DNA from: Leucoraja erinacea
Lineage: Eukaryota
Length of the DNA: 64,000 nucleotides
Assembly (NCBI RefSeq): GCF_028641065.1
Contig: NW_026576641.1
Location: forward strand, 186,001 to 250,000
Reading direction: 5' to 3'
The first letter of the stretch is position 1, and each line of letters begins with the position of its first letter. The position numbers and the translations under genes were made by a program. Positions 1 to 13,600 of the stretch are shown here, piece by piece. The notes beneath the pieces are model-generated. The model was given only the letters and a program-made list of their open reading frames with translations, was not told the origin of the DNA and searched no databases.

Positions 1-500
1 AAAGTTCTTCTCTCATCTCGGTTTTAAAGGATTTCCCCTTTATCCTTAAGCTGTGACCCCTTGTCCTGGACTTCCCCAACATCGGGAACAATCTTCCTGC
101 ATCTAGCCTGTCCAACCCCTTAAGAATTTTTGTAAGTTTCTATAAGATCCCCTCTCAATCTTCTAAATTCTAGAGAGTATAAACCAAGTCTATCCAGTCT
201 TTCTTCATAAGACAGTCCTGACATCCCAGGAATCAGTCTGGTGAACCCTCCGTCTCTGCACTCCCTCTATGGCAATAATGTCCTTCCTCAGATTTGGAGA
301 CCAAAACTGTACGCAATACTCCAGGTGTGGTCTCACCAAGACCCTGTACAACTGCAGTAGAACCTCTCTGCTCCTATACTCAAATCCTTTTGCAATGAAA
401 GCTAACATACCATTCGCTTTCTTTACTGCCTGCTGCACCTGCATGCCTACCTTCAATGACTGGTGTACCATGACACCCAGGTCTCGCTGCATCTCCCCTT
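1..500 (-). mobile_element. CR1 LINE fragment
   Basis: RDLGVMVHQSLK...[15 protein letters not shown] on the minus strand. Confidence 0.85.
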
Positions 501-1157
501 CTATAAATCTAAACAATTTCTATGTTTAAAGTGTACCTTTCTATTAAGCCAATACATTTCATAAATTGTTTCACTATAAGTTTGAAATACCATTACCTAT
601 GTCTTTAAAACATTAATTATATAAGTTTTCTGAATAACAGTTTCTCAGTTCAAAACCCATTCACATCCCAACCAAGCATACATGGGTCGTAAATCTGTCA
701 ATTTACTTAATATAAGTTTGGTGCTTTTCCTGTTATCGGGAAGTAGGATTTCCAATCTCATGTACCAGGCAGAACAACAAGAGACTACATCTCAGACCAT
801 TACGTCAGAATTCCATCTGCTTCAACCTTCTATAAACTACTCCCTCAATCTAATTATTTCTCAAAGCAACTATTCCTTCACTTACATCTTATTCCTTATC
901 ACACATTATAATTGTACACAGCCAAGGCTAACTGCAGTCTATCATCTCTCAGCCTTGAATTCTGTCTCAAACCTAGCATAACAAGCCATAACGCTTCACC
1001 GTTATGTCACATTCAGAGCTCAAAAATGTGCCATAGAGACAGAGCAGATGGCCTAAGAAGAGACCCGTTATTCAGCTTCCCATTCTTCAACACAAAGCCA
1101 TATCAAATACAATTTCCTCCAGTGCTATAATTGCCCCAAACAATAACCTAAGCTAAG

Positions 1158-2108
1158 GTACACAAAATTGCTGGAGAAACTCAGCGGGTGCAGAACACTC
1201 CAATACACCTGGACCAGTTCTTCCTCGACCAGAGGAGCAACCTATACCCAGCCACTGACACTCTCCTCCGCTTAGCGGAGTTGGTCCTCACCCTCAACAA
1301 CTTTACATTTGACTCCTCCCATTTCCTCCAAACACAAGGCGTAGCTATGGGCACACGCATGGGCCCCAGCTACGCCTGCCTCTTTGTCGGGTACGTTGAA
1401 CAATCCTTGTTCAATACGTACCAGGGCCCCATCCCCGACCTCTATCTCCGTTACATTGACGACTGCTTTGGGGCCACCTCCTGCACCCACACACAACTGA
1501 CTGACTTCATCCACTTCACCACCAACTTCCACCCGGCACTCCAATACACCTGGACCATTTCCGACACTTCCCTACCATTCCTTGACCTCACCATCTCCAT
1601 CGCAGGGGACAGACTCCTGACTGACATACATTACAAACCCACTGACTCACATGGCTATCTGGACTACACGTCTTCCCACCCTGCCCCCTGTAAAGACTCC
1701 ATCCCCTACTCCCAATTCCTCTGCCTACGCCGCATCTGTTCCCAGGATGAGACATTCCATACCAGGGCATCAGAAGTGTCCTCGTTCTTCAGAGAACGGG
1801 GATTCCCCTCCGCCACCATAGATGAAGCTCACAACAGGGTCTTATCCATACCCCGTAACACTGCTCTCTCTCCCCATCCCCGCACTCGCAACAAGGGCAG
1901 AGTCCCCCAAGTCCTCACCTTTCACCCAACCAGCCGGCAAATACAACACATAATCCTCCGCCGTTTCCGCCACCTCCAACGTGACCCCACCACTCGCCAC
2001 ATCTTCCCATCTCCCCCCATGTCTGCCTTCCGCAGCTGAACCCGCTGAGTTTCTCCAGCAGTTTTGAGTACCTTCGATTTTCCAGCATCTGCAGTTCCTT
2101 CTTGAACA
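1158..2108 (+). mobile_element. Penelope-like element RT fragment flanked by an 18-bp direct repeat
   Basis: QTQGVAMGTRMGPSYACLF, YLRYIDD, LPFLDL, YKPTD; ACAATAACCTAAGCTAAG at 1140-1157 and 2108-2125. Confidence 0.85.
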
Positions 2109-2489
2109 CAATAACCTAAGCTAAGCAGGTTCCGGTTTAGGCCTCCATGTTTTGATTCATCTTTGCCTGTGTGTATCTGTCTGTTTGCACTTTATTTCAG
2201 TTCAGGAAAACTTTAAACTTTTCTTTTGCAATTTACCTAGCTTATATAAAAGTCACTATCCAAATATTTGTATAATATTTCCTCACCACTAGGGACAATT
2301 TCATTTTGCATTTACTAAGCCAATTAACCTACAAACCTGCACATCTTTGGAGTGTGGGAAGAAACCAAAGATCTCGGAAAAAACCGAAGGTAGACAAAAA
2401 TGCTGGAGAAACTCAGCGGGTGAGGCAGCATCTATGGAGCGAAGGAATAAGCGACGTGTTGGGTTGAGGCCCTTCTTCAGTTTGAACGG

Positions 2490-3320
2490 GATCCAATCTT
2501 CCCATCTCCACCCCTTACTGCATTCCGCAGAGACTGTTCCCTCCGAAACTCGCTGGTCAACTCGTCCCTTCCCACCCAAACCACCCCCTCCCCAGGTACT
2601 TCCCCCTTGCAACCGCAGGAGATACATCACCTGTCCCATTACCTCCCCCCCTTGTCTCCATCCACGGACCTAAACAGTCTTTCCAGGTGAGGCAGAGGTT
2701 CATCTGTACCTCCTCCGACCTCATCTACTGCATCCGCTGCTCTAGGTGTCAACTTCTCTACATCGGTGAGACCAAGCGTAGGCTCGGCGATCGTTTCGCT
2801 GAACACCTCCGCTCAGTCTGTCTTAACCTACCTGATTTCCCGGTGACCCAGCACTTCAACTCCCCTTCCCATTCCCAATGTGACCTTTCTGTCCTGTGCC
2901 TCCTCCACTGTCAGAGTGATGCCCAGCACAAATTCGAGGAACAGCACCTCATATTTTGCTTGGGTAGTTTACACCCCAGCGGTATGAACATTGACTTCTC
3001 CAATTTCAGATAGCCCTTACTTTCCCTCTCTCTCCATCACCTCCCCCCCACCCCCTCCACCTCTTCCCAGTTCTCCCACTAGTCTTGTAGACAAAGTGTT
3101 CAAGAAGGAACTGCAGATGCTGGAAGATCGAAGGTACACAAAAATGCTGGAGAAACTCAGCGGGTGCAGCAGCATCTATGGAGCGAAGGAAATAGGCGAC
3201 GTTTCGGGCCAAAACCGTTCCTCAGACTGAGGAAGGGTATCGGCCCGAAACGTCACCTATTTCCTTCGCTCCATAGATGCTGCTGCACCCGCTGATTTTC
3301 TCCAGCATTTTTGTGTACCT
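2490..3320 (+). mobile_element. Penelope-like 3' fragment (GIY-YIG endonuclease) with terminal repeat
   Basis: [29 protein letters not shown]...GMN. Confidence 0.85.
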
Positions 3321-3882
3321 CCCACCAATCTTACTGTCTCCTACTACATTCTATCCTTGTCCCTGCCATCAGTCTGAAGAAGGGTCTTGACCCGAAACGT
3401 CACCCATTCCTTCTCTCCAGAGATGCTGCCAGACCAGCTGACTTACTCCGGCATTTTGAGTCTATCAGTGAATTTATTTATTTGACAAGTCCACAGGCCC
3501 ACAGCACACACTCACCAACACACACCATACTGGTGGTGACACACCATGACTTACACAATTGTCCATGAACACACTCACCAACACAGGATACATGCACCCA
3601 CTGATAATTAATTTGGCCATTACAAAAACTCAGTCTGACGCACACATGAACCCAGCCACAATTTCTCCATCCTTGTCACTGTCCCGTTTCGCTCTCCGTC
3701 CTCGACAACAGAAACGTTTCACCTCCACCTCTGGAAGAACAGAACCGGAAATGCATTTCTCTTCTCCATCTGGAGCAATTGGGGAAAATTACCCCAGGGA
3801 AAACTTTCAGTTGTCCGCCCGCCTGTGCCCGAGTCTCCCCCCGACCCCCGGGGACTCTCTGATTCTCTGCTTCTCCCCCCAG

Positions 3883-4412
3883 TCTCCGTCACCCTGGATG
3901 TGGAAACAGCGAGTCCGCGGCTCGAGGTGTCTGAGGATCGGAAGAGGGTGAGATGGACCGAGACCCGGAGGGGTCTCCCTGACACCGGGAAGAGGTTTAC
4001 AGACAATGACTGTGTGCTGGGATCGGAGGGATTCACATCAGGGAGATATTACTGGGAGGTGGAGGCGGGGAGTCGGTACTGGAGTCTGGGAGTCGCCGCA
4101 GAGTCTGTGGAGAGGAAGGGATGGGTCACACCGACCCCGGAGACTGGAGTCTGGAGCATCTGGATGGATGGTGATGAGCTTCATGCAGTCACCTCCCCTC
4201 CATCCCCTCTCCCCGCCCGTCCCTTCCCCAGGAGGGTGGGAGTTTATCTCAGTTACGAGTCCGGGACAGTTTCATTTTACGACGCGGCCACCAAGTCCCA
4301 TCTCCACACCTTCACCGGGAATAAATTCACGGAGAAACTATATCCTTTCTTTGGACTTTGGGATGAAGACCAGTGGCTGAGAATCTGCTCCGGTTCCGCT
4401 CCGGGTCAGTAA
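3883..4412 (+). CDS. Terminal B30.2 (PRY-SPRY) exon of a TRIM gene (TRIM-A); upstream exons not seen in window
   Basis: Acceptor TTCTCCCCCCAG|TC; motifs [42 protein letters not shown]; close paralog of 25302-25834. Confidence 0.88.
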
Positions 4413-4479
4413 ATAATACATTCTACCCATCTTTCACCAGCACCTGGAAAATAGTCAATCACCTCCGTTCATTTAGATG

Positions 4480-6265
4480 TCAAGTCAAGACAGTTTATTG
4501 TCATGTGTCCCAGATAGGACAATGACATTCTTGCTTTGCTGCAGCACAACAGAATATTGTAAGCATGAATACAGAACAGTTCAGTGTGTCTATATAGCAT
4601 AGACTATATATATATATATATACACATCAATAAACAGATAAAGTGCAATAGGCTGTAATTGTTCAGAGTTTGTTTGAGTTGAGTTTAATAGTCTGATGGA
4701 TGTGGGGAAGAAGCTGTTCCTGAACCTGGATGTACCAGATTTCAGGCTCCTGTACCTTCTGACCTGATGGCAGTGGAGAGATGAGTGAGTGGCCAGGATG
4801 GTGTGGATCCTTGATGAAGCTGGCAGCCTTTTGAGACAACGACTGCGATAGATCCCCTCGATGGTGGGGAGATCTGAGCCGATGAGGGTCGGTGGGGTTT
4901 CTGCAAGCCGGCAGCCCTGCCAGCAGCGTGTTACTTTTTTCAACTTTTTTTTTTTTTTTTAGTGTGTTTTCAATGTTCCTCTTTGTGTCTTGTGTGCGGG
5001 GGGTAAGGGGGAAACTGCTTTGGTTGCCTGCTCCACAGAGAGGCAACTTTTTCCATGTCCCCCCCCCCATGACCTAACATCGAGCATCGGTGCAGAGATG
5101 TGCCCGGAGCTTCAGCGGCGGGTGCAGCGTGGATTCTCGTCGTGGAGCGGGCGAGCCCTCGCCGGAGGGGAGCGCTTCGTTGGCTGGCCCACGGTAACCT
5201 GAAGCCGCGGTCTGCAGAGCTCCATCTGGCACAGAGTCCACAGCCTGGGATCCCTCGTTGGGGACCCGGGAGGAGAAGAGCTCCGACCGCTGACCTGCGG
5301 CCAACTTCTACCGCTGGCGCAGCAGGGACTTACCATCAGGAGCAGGGTCCCTCAGTGAGGACCCCTGGAGAGGAGCTCCTACCGCCGGCCTTGCGGTCTG
5401 CGGTGCCTCTGGCTGAGGCGCAGCGAGGACTTTAAATCTTCGACCACTGGCCTGCACCAGCCTGAAGCCGCGATTCTGGACTTACCTGGACTTCATCTTG
5501 TCTACTTATTTAGGCGGCGGTGTGGAGGGTTGAGGTCCCGACCACGGGGAAAAATGGAGGAGGACTTGCCAATGTTTGTGTCTTCCACCACAGTGATGAA
5601 TACTGTGGTGGATGTTTGTGTGAAATTTTATTGTGTTTTTATGTGTTTTTTATCATTGTACCACTGCTGACAAATTCATTTCACTTGCACTTTATGTGCA
5701 ACGTGACCAATAAAACTGATATTGATTGATATTGATCGATTATGGACTGGGCAGTGTTAACAACTTTTTACATTCTTTTCCGCTCCCGAAAGCTCAAGTT
5801 GCCGAACCAAGCCATGATGCAACCAGTCAGCATGCTCTCTACTGTGCACCTGTAGAAGTTCGAGAGAGTCCTCTTTGACATACCGACACTCCGTAATCTT
5901 CTCAGGAAGTAGAGGCGCTGATGTGCTTTCTTTATAATTGCATCACTGCGCTGGGACCAGGAAAGTTCTTCGGAAATGTGCACGCCCAGGAATTTGAAGT
6001 TCTTGACCCATTCCACCATCATCCCATTGATACAAACGGGATTGTGTGTCCCCATCCTACCCCTTCCAAAGTCCAAATCAGTTCCTTGGTTTTGCTGGTG
6101 CTTAGGGCCAGGTTATTGTGCTGGCACCATTTGGTCAATCGTCCGATTTCACTTCTATACTCTGACTCGTCCCCATCAGTGATACACATCCCACAACAGA
6201 GGTGTTGTCGGCAAACTTGATGGTGGAGTTTGTACTATGCCCAGCTACACAGTCATGAGTATGGA
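4480..6265 (-). mobile_element. Rex1/Babar-type LINE 3' fragment interrupted by a GC-rich insertion
   Basis: [45 protein letters not shown]; host sequence is broken at about 4885 and resumes at about 5740. Confidence 0.7.
4885..5740 (+). mobile_element. Non-autonomous GC-rich retroposon of unassigned family
   Basis: Interrupts the LINE; ends in AATAAA plus a short ATTG-type repeat tail; no coding capacity recognised. Confidence 0.4.
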
Positions 6266-6658
6266 GTTTAGATGTTAAACAAGCCTGTCCGTGGAACGAT
6301 GACCATAAAACACCTTGACTTTAGCCGATGATCCATCTCATTTCATATCGTTGATCCTGAAATGGCCGAGGGAATCATTCAGTGGGCATGCGGGATGTGC
6401 AATAAATGCTGTTCCTACAGATACGCCCGACGTGTAATTTACATCATGGGTTGAATTTATTCCCTTAAAAAACGATAACTAGTGTTATTCTGTTAAGTTT
6501 CCTTCTAATTTAGTTTATTTATTGTCACATGTATCGAAGTACAGTGAAAAGCTTTTGTTGCGTGCTATCCAGTCAGTGGAAAGACTATACATGATTACAG
6601 TCGAGCCGTTCACAGTGTACACCTAAACGATAAAGGGAATGACGTTTAATGCAATATA

Positions 6659-7684
6659 TAGCAATGTTACAAAATTTTGAGATTTTAAAAGTCAAGTCTG
6701 CAATTTATCCCATCAGATAAAGCATAACAAGAAGTTTAAATTGACACCTAATTCACTTTCATATCTTCAGTATTAAAAAAGTTATGGCCATTTTCATATT
6801 CGGAAATTAGCATCTTGTTCCCGATTGCAATTGACTTAACTCAAAAGCTGTGATCAAGGACAATCAAAAGCCCATAACTTTCTTAAAAATTAAAAGACCT
6901 GAAAGAAATGTTCAGTTATTATAGATTGAAGCATCCTGAAACAAATATGAAACAATCTTACTTGGAAGACCTGAAATTAAAGCATATAATTAGTTAGTTA
7001 CCCAATTGTAGCTAATTACAAAATTCAATTACTAGATCTAAACATCTATCCATTTCTTAAGAAAAGGTTAACATTTTTAAATAGCCTAAGTGTCCAAATA
7101 ACAATCACACAATAATTCACAATATAACATGATTTTTTAATCTCATGGTCATGAATTTATAGGCCAAATGGAAGGAATTTAGTGTTTCATTCCCGTAAAT
7201 TAATGGCCATTTTAATTGTCTTGCGAGTGGGTTTTTGAGGAACGCAATCGATTGGAACGTTGCGGTTTGCGGTGAATTTAAATCCCATATCGACTGGAAA
7301 AACACTGCCGGTTCGTACGGGGCCCAAATCACATTTTTGCAACGTGAAATGTCGATTAAAGTCATCCTAAGAAGCAAGTTTGTATGTAAAATGAACGACT
7401 TACCTTGCTTTGTCCCGTACGTGAGATCCGTTCCGTTTCCTGCGTTGACGGCGTTAGAAGTCGCTTTTTATTTTACTCCAGCGCTGAAATTGTTCCGCAT
7501 TTTTTTTTTAATTCCGAGAACGGCAGTCGGAACGAATTTTCAGCATCAGGTAGTAGCCCGAGAAAATATATCTCGGACAGGCAGGAGAAAACGGCATTTT
7601 AATCCCGACCCCCACCTCAAAGTTGCGGCCACGGCCAGTGACAGAACTGCAGCGCCGCTGAAGGTGAATTTTGTGCCATTCCTA
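6659..7684. mobile_element. Non-autonomous DNA transposon (TAG...CTA ends, hAT-like)
   Basis: Imperfect 18-bp TIR (TAGCAATGTTACAAAATT vs reverse complement TAGGAATGGCACAAAATT); flanked by CAATATA/CAAGATA, a probable TSD. Confidence 0.55.
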
Positions 7685-10232
7685 CAAGATATAGTCCAGT
7701 AAAGCCAGATTAAAGATAGCCCGAGGGTCTCCAAAGAGGCAAATGGTCGTCCAGGGCCACCTTCCAGTTGGTGAGCGGATGGTTCAGTTGCAGATCAACT
7801 TGATAAGGGAATAAAGTCCAAGGTAAATCCAGCAAAGTCCGATCAAGGATAGCCCAAGTGTCACCAATGAAATTGATTGTTCAAGAAGGAACTGCAGATG
7901 CTGGAAGATCGAAGATACACAAAAATGTTGGAGAAACTCAGCGGGTGCAGCAGCATCTATGCAGCGAAGGAAATAGGCAACGATTCAGGCCGAAACCCTT
8001 CTACTATACAAGGGTTTCGGCCCAAAACGTCGCCTATTTCCTTCGCTCCATAGATGCTGCTGCGCCCGCTGAGTTTCTCCAGCAATTTTGTGTAGCAATG
8101 AAATAGATAGTAGTTTAGGTAGACAAAAATGCTGGTGAAACTCAGCGGGCCAGGCAGCATCTATGGAGAGAAGGAATTTGCAACGTTTCGGGTCAAGACC
8201 CTTCTTCAACCTTTGTCTACCTTCGATTTTCCAGCATCTGCAGTTCTTTCTGAAACAAACTGTGAAAATGGGTAGTCTGTGAAACGCATGAATGAATGGG
8301 CACAAAATGCTGGAACAACTCAGCGGGACAGGCGGCATCTCTGGAGAGAGGAGTGGGTGACGTTTTGGGTCGAGATCCTTATTCCGAATGAGAGACTCGG
8401 GGAAAGGCATGTGAGAATATATGAGATTATGGGATCACTGAGGTAGCTCTGTGAACCGCCATAGACTTTGATGGTTTGTATATGAAATATTCATTGTTCT
8501 TTATCTCCCCACATCATCATCCATGTCCCTCGTTTCCCTTATCCCTAACCACTCTGAAGAAAGGTCTCGACCCGAAACATCACCCACAGCCTACTGTCTC
8601 CGCCTCTTCCTTTCTTCTTCCCGCCCCCCACCCCCACATCAGTCTGAAGAGGGATCTTTGTGAAGAAAGGTCTCGACCCGATACGTCACCTATTCCTTCG
8701 CTCCATAGATGCTGTCTCACCCGCGGAGTTTCTCCAGCATTTTTGTCTCCCATCGACTTTCAGACCTGTATTCAATTTTCATAGTACAGTACAGCGGTTT
8801 TCAATCTGAAAATGCATTTGGATAAATGCATTATCCCTTTGGAAGAGCAACATAGCAAAGCAGATTTGAATAAATAATAATAAAACTGTCCGGGGGGGGG
8901 GGGCAGCGAGGGGGGTGTGGCAGTACACCAGTCATTGAAAGTAGGCATGCAGGTGCAGTTGTTGAGTAGAGTGACAGCGAAGAAGCTGGTATCGACCTTT
9001 CATAGTGCAAAAGGATTTGAGTATAGGAGCTGTAGCGCCTCCCTGCATGGTAGGAGGTAAACAGTCCGTGGTTGGGGTGCAGAGCAGTTTTGGTCTCCAA
9101 ATCTGAGCGCCCTCCGCAGATAGCGCTACAGAGATGGACACCAGACTCATTCCTGGGATGCCAGGAACCGTCTGATGAAGAAAGGGCAATTTTGGTTTAT
9201 ACTCTCTAGCCTTCCGGACGGAGAGAGGAGCAGTTGCCATTACCAAATACTTGAGGGGTTGGACAGGCTAGTAAGAAGATTGCTCTCGATGTTGCAGCGT
9301 CCAGACAAGTTCACAGCTTGAGGAGACAGATGGAAATCCTTCAAAACTCAGGAAAGAAGAGACGCTGATGAGCCTTCTTGATCACAGAGAGGTTTGTGAA
9401 TCCAAGAGAGGTCATCGGAGATGAGTGAGTTGAGGCCAGTTCTGAAGCTATAAACAAGAAGGACCTAGATCCCGTTAATTGTGGCTGGGGGGTCAGGGGG
9501 TGCCGCCCCTAGGCAGGTCCTGAATACTGAGTTGATGATCCTTGGTCTTCTTGAAGTTTCCAGCACCTGTAAGGGCCTTCTTAAAGATAGATAGTGCACC
9601 TAGCGCGGCTTGTTTCTATGAAAAGATAATTAACACCAATACAAATAGCATTTATTATCCCATGATCGAGAGTAGATCGGAGCTCAGTGTCAGTGTCAAG
9701 AAACTGCAGATGCTGGAGTCATCAACAGAAGACAAAGTGCTGGAGTAACTCAGTGAGTCAGGCAGTATCTGTGGAGGGAACTGGACAGGCGAGGTTTCAG
9801 ATAGGGACTCTTCTTCCACTTGTCCGCCTTTTTGTCCTTCGCCTTTTCCTCGTTGCCCGCGAGTCCATTCGTTGTGACCGGCGCTGCTCTCGACTCGTTG
9901 AAGGCGCCGAGAATCAGAGGTCTCGACCCGAAACGTCACCCAGCCCTTCCCATCCGAGATGCTGCCTGTCCATCTCTGAGTTACTCCAGCTTTTTGTGTC
10001 TATCTTCCTTTATATTCAACACGTTCTATGTCTAACTGGCCCGTTCCTCTTGTGTGAGATTGGTCGGATGTGTTCGGGAAACCTGAGTCACACTCACAAT
10101 TAACACTTGCAGCCAAATAATATTCATTCCCGAGACGGCAGCGGGCGCTATTGACACTCGCGGTACTGCAAGGGGGCGAGTAGAACCACGTCAGTGAAAA
10201 ACAGTTTGAACCAGGAAGTGGAGGAGGAAAAA

Positions 10233-10643
10233 ATGGCTGCGAAAGACAGGTTCGAGAGTTGGACCGAGGAGGCAGTTTGTCCCATCTGCCTGGATTTCTT
10301 CACCGATCCGGTGTCACTGGAGTGCGGGCACAACTTCTGCCGCTCCTGTATCACACAGAGTTGGGACAGGGAAGGGAAAAACTCCTGCCCGGAATGTAGA
10401 GAGGAATTTACAGACCGCACCCTCAGGGTGAATCGGGCCTTGGTTAGACTGTCTGAGAAAGCTCGAGCACTGAGCCTGAATCAGACAGAGAAGGAAAATA
10501 AACTTCAGTGCGAGGATCATCAGGAAGAACTGAAGCTGTTTTGTGAAACAGACAAGAAACTGATCTGCCTGATCTGCCGAGACGCGCGGGAACACAAGAC
10601 TCACAACTTCATGCCGATTAATGAAGCTGTTGCAATGTGCAAG
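10233..10643 (+). CDS. TRIM-B exon 1: RING and B-box2
   Basis: [24 protein letters not shown]...CPEC (C3HC4); [12 protein letters not shown]...ICLIC...H..H; donor AAG|GTAAAA. Confidence 0.93.
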
Positions 10644-13600
10644 GTAAAAACCAAACCCCATTTTGCTCACTTTACTTGTTCACCTTCCTGATCCGCCATT
10701 GTCTCTCTAACCCCTTTGTTCTCTGATCCCAGGATCAGGTTAAATCTTCCTTACAATCTCTCACCAAAAAGAAGTTAGAGTTCGAGGACGTGGAGCAGCT
10801 GCAGAAAGGGAAGATTTCCCGAGTTCGGGTAAGGAGGAGTTTCTGGGTTTGTGAAATTTCTCACCCATTAATGCACGAGGGACATACTGGGATAAATTTG
10901 CTGCTGTAATTAACCCTGTGCAAATGGGTAGACATAAATGCTGGAGAAACTCAGTGGGTGAGGCAGCATCTATGGAGCAAAGGAATAGAGTCAAGAGCCA
11001 TGAGTGATTTATTGTCATGTGTCCCAGATAGGACAATGACATTCTTGCTTGCTGCAGCACAACACAATATGTAAACATAATACAGAACAGGAGATAAAAG
11101 TTCAGTGTGTCTATAGACCATAGACCGTATATATATACACAATAAATAAACAGACAAAGTGAAACAGACTGTTATGGTTCAGCGTTTGTTTGATGGTGTG
11201 TTTAATAGCCTGATGGCTGTGGGGAAGAAGCTGTTCCTGAACCTGGATGTAACAGATTTCAGGCTCCTGTACCTACTGCCCGATGGTAGCGGAGAGACGA
11301 GTGTGTGGCCAGGATGGTGTGGGTCCTTGATGATACTGCCAGCCTTTTTGAGGCAGCGACTGCGATAGATCCCCTCGATGGTGGGGAGGTCAGAGCTGGT
11401 GATGGACTGGGCAGTGGTCACAACTTTCTGACATTTCAATAGGTGACGTTTCGGGTCGAGACCCTTCTTCAGACTGATTTGTGGGGTGGAGGGAGGGGGG
11501 GTAGAAGAAAAGAAGATGCGGAGACATTAGGCTGTGGGAGAGCTGGGAAGGTCATTTCTCCAGCATTTCTGTCTACCTTCGATGTTTCTCCAGCATTTTT
11601 GTCCACCTTCGATTCCTTCGCTCCATAGATGCTGCCTCACCTGCTGAGTTTCTCCAGCATTTCTGTCTACCTTCGATTTTTCCAGCATCTGCAATTCTTT
11701 ATTAAACAAACTGTGAAAATGGGTAGTCTATGAAACACATGTATGAATGGACACTAAAAAACTGGAGCAACTCAGCAGGACAGGCGGCATCTCTGGAGAT
11801 AGGAATGGGTGACGTTTCGGGTAGAGACCCTTATTCCGAATAAGAGTCTCGGGGAAAGGCATGTGAGGGCGAATATATGAGATTATGGGATTACTGAGGT
11901 AGCTCTGTGGACCGCCATAGATAGTTTGAATAACCTCCGATTGTGTAATGAAGAGAGAGATAGATGGGGCTCTTAAAGACAGCGGAGTCAGGGGATATGG
12001 GGAGAAGGGAGGAACGGGGTACTGATCGGGGATGATCAGCCATGATCACATTGAATGGCGGTGCTAAAGGCTCGAACGGCTGAATGGCCTACTCCTGCAC
12101 CTATTGTCTATTGTCTATTGAAGTATAATATGAAGAAATAATATATTAATTATTCAATGGTCTTTATCTCTCCACATCATCGTCGATAACTCTTGTTTCC
12201 CTTATCCCTAACCAGTCTAAAGAAAGGGTCTCGACCCTAAACGTCACCCATTCCTTCTCTCCCCAAAGATGCTGCCTGCCCCTCTGAGCTACTCCAGCTT
12301 CATGTGTCTATCTTCGGTTTAAACCAGCATCTGCAGTTCTTTCCTACACGATAATATCTCAATCTTCACCTTTCATCTGACAGGAACAGTCACGCAATCA
12401 CCAGTCCTTCATCGCATCCCAGTTTGCTGAACTGCGCCAGTTTCTCACCGATAAAGAGCAGCGCTTTCTCCGTGATCTGCGGGAAGACGAGGAGAGGATT
12501 CTAAAACATATGGAGGAAAATCTTCGAATGATTCAAGAAAAGTTAAATTCTATTCAGGAGGAGCTCTCCCGATTACAGGAACAGGCGGATCAAACAGACA
12601 GCCTGTTATTTCTGAAGGTGAGGAACTCGATTTCAATTTGATTCCGTAAACAAGCACCACCACAAAATGGCGAGTTATATATTTGAAATAAATCCAGCGT
12701 TCTCAATAGCCCAATATTGATCTAAACCAGTTAGCTGGATCTACATCGGTGAGACTAGGCGGAGGTTGGGCAATCGTTTTGCCGAACACCTCCGCGCTCG
12801 GTCCGCAAGAACCTACCTGACCTCCCGGTGGCTCAGCACTTCAACTCCCCCTCCCATTCCCAATCCAACCTCTGTGTCCTGGGTCTCCTCCATTGCCAGA
12901 GTGAGCAACACCGGAAATTGGAGGAACAGCACCTCATATTCCGCTTGGGGAGCCAGCATTCGACGGGCATGAAGATTGAATTCTCCCAATTTTGTTAGCC
13001 CTTGCTGTCTCCTCCCCTTCCCAGCCCTCGGGCTGTCTCCTCCCATTCCCCAGCCCTCGGGCTCCTCCTCCTCCTTTTTCCTTCCTTCTCCCCGCCACTT
13101 CCTATCAGTCTGAAGATGGGTTTTGGCCCGAAACGTTGCCTATTTCCTTCACTCCATAGATGCTGCTGCACCCGCTGAGTTTCTCCAGCATTTTTGTATA
13201 CCTTCGATTTTCCAGCATCTGCAGTTCCTTCTTGAACAGATAGCTGATTTACCTGTTCTGTTTTGTTGCTGTTTGCAAACTGGCCTCCAGTCCGAGGGAG
13301 GACCAGAAACGTCACCCATTCCTTCTCTCCAGAGCTGCTGCCTGCCCCGCTGAGTTACTCCAGCATTTCGTGTCCCTAAACTAAAGTTAGTGTCTAGAAT
13401 TAAAGGTTGTAAGTGATAAGAGTAGAATTGGGCCATTCGGCCCACCGAGCCTACTCCGCCATTCAATCGTGACTTATCTATCTCTCCCTCCTAACCCCAT
13501 TCTCCTGCCTTCTCCCCATATCCTCTGACACCCGCACTAATCCAGAATGATCATTCTTTGATTGCATGTGTAGTGGCAATTTCATTATTTTCCAATGTCC

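Noticed and set aside
8820-9620. Unusual-looking sequence with short ORFs
   Set aside because: Heavily indel-ridden CR1 fragment, either low-quality consensus or an old copy
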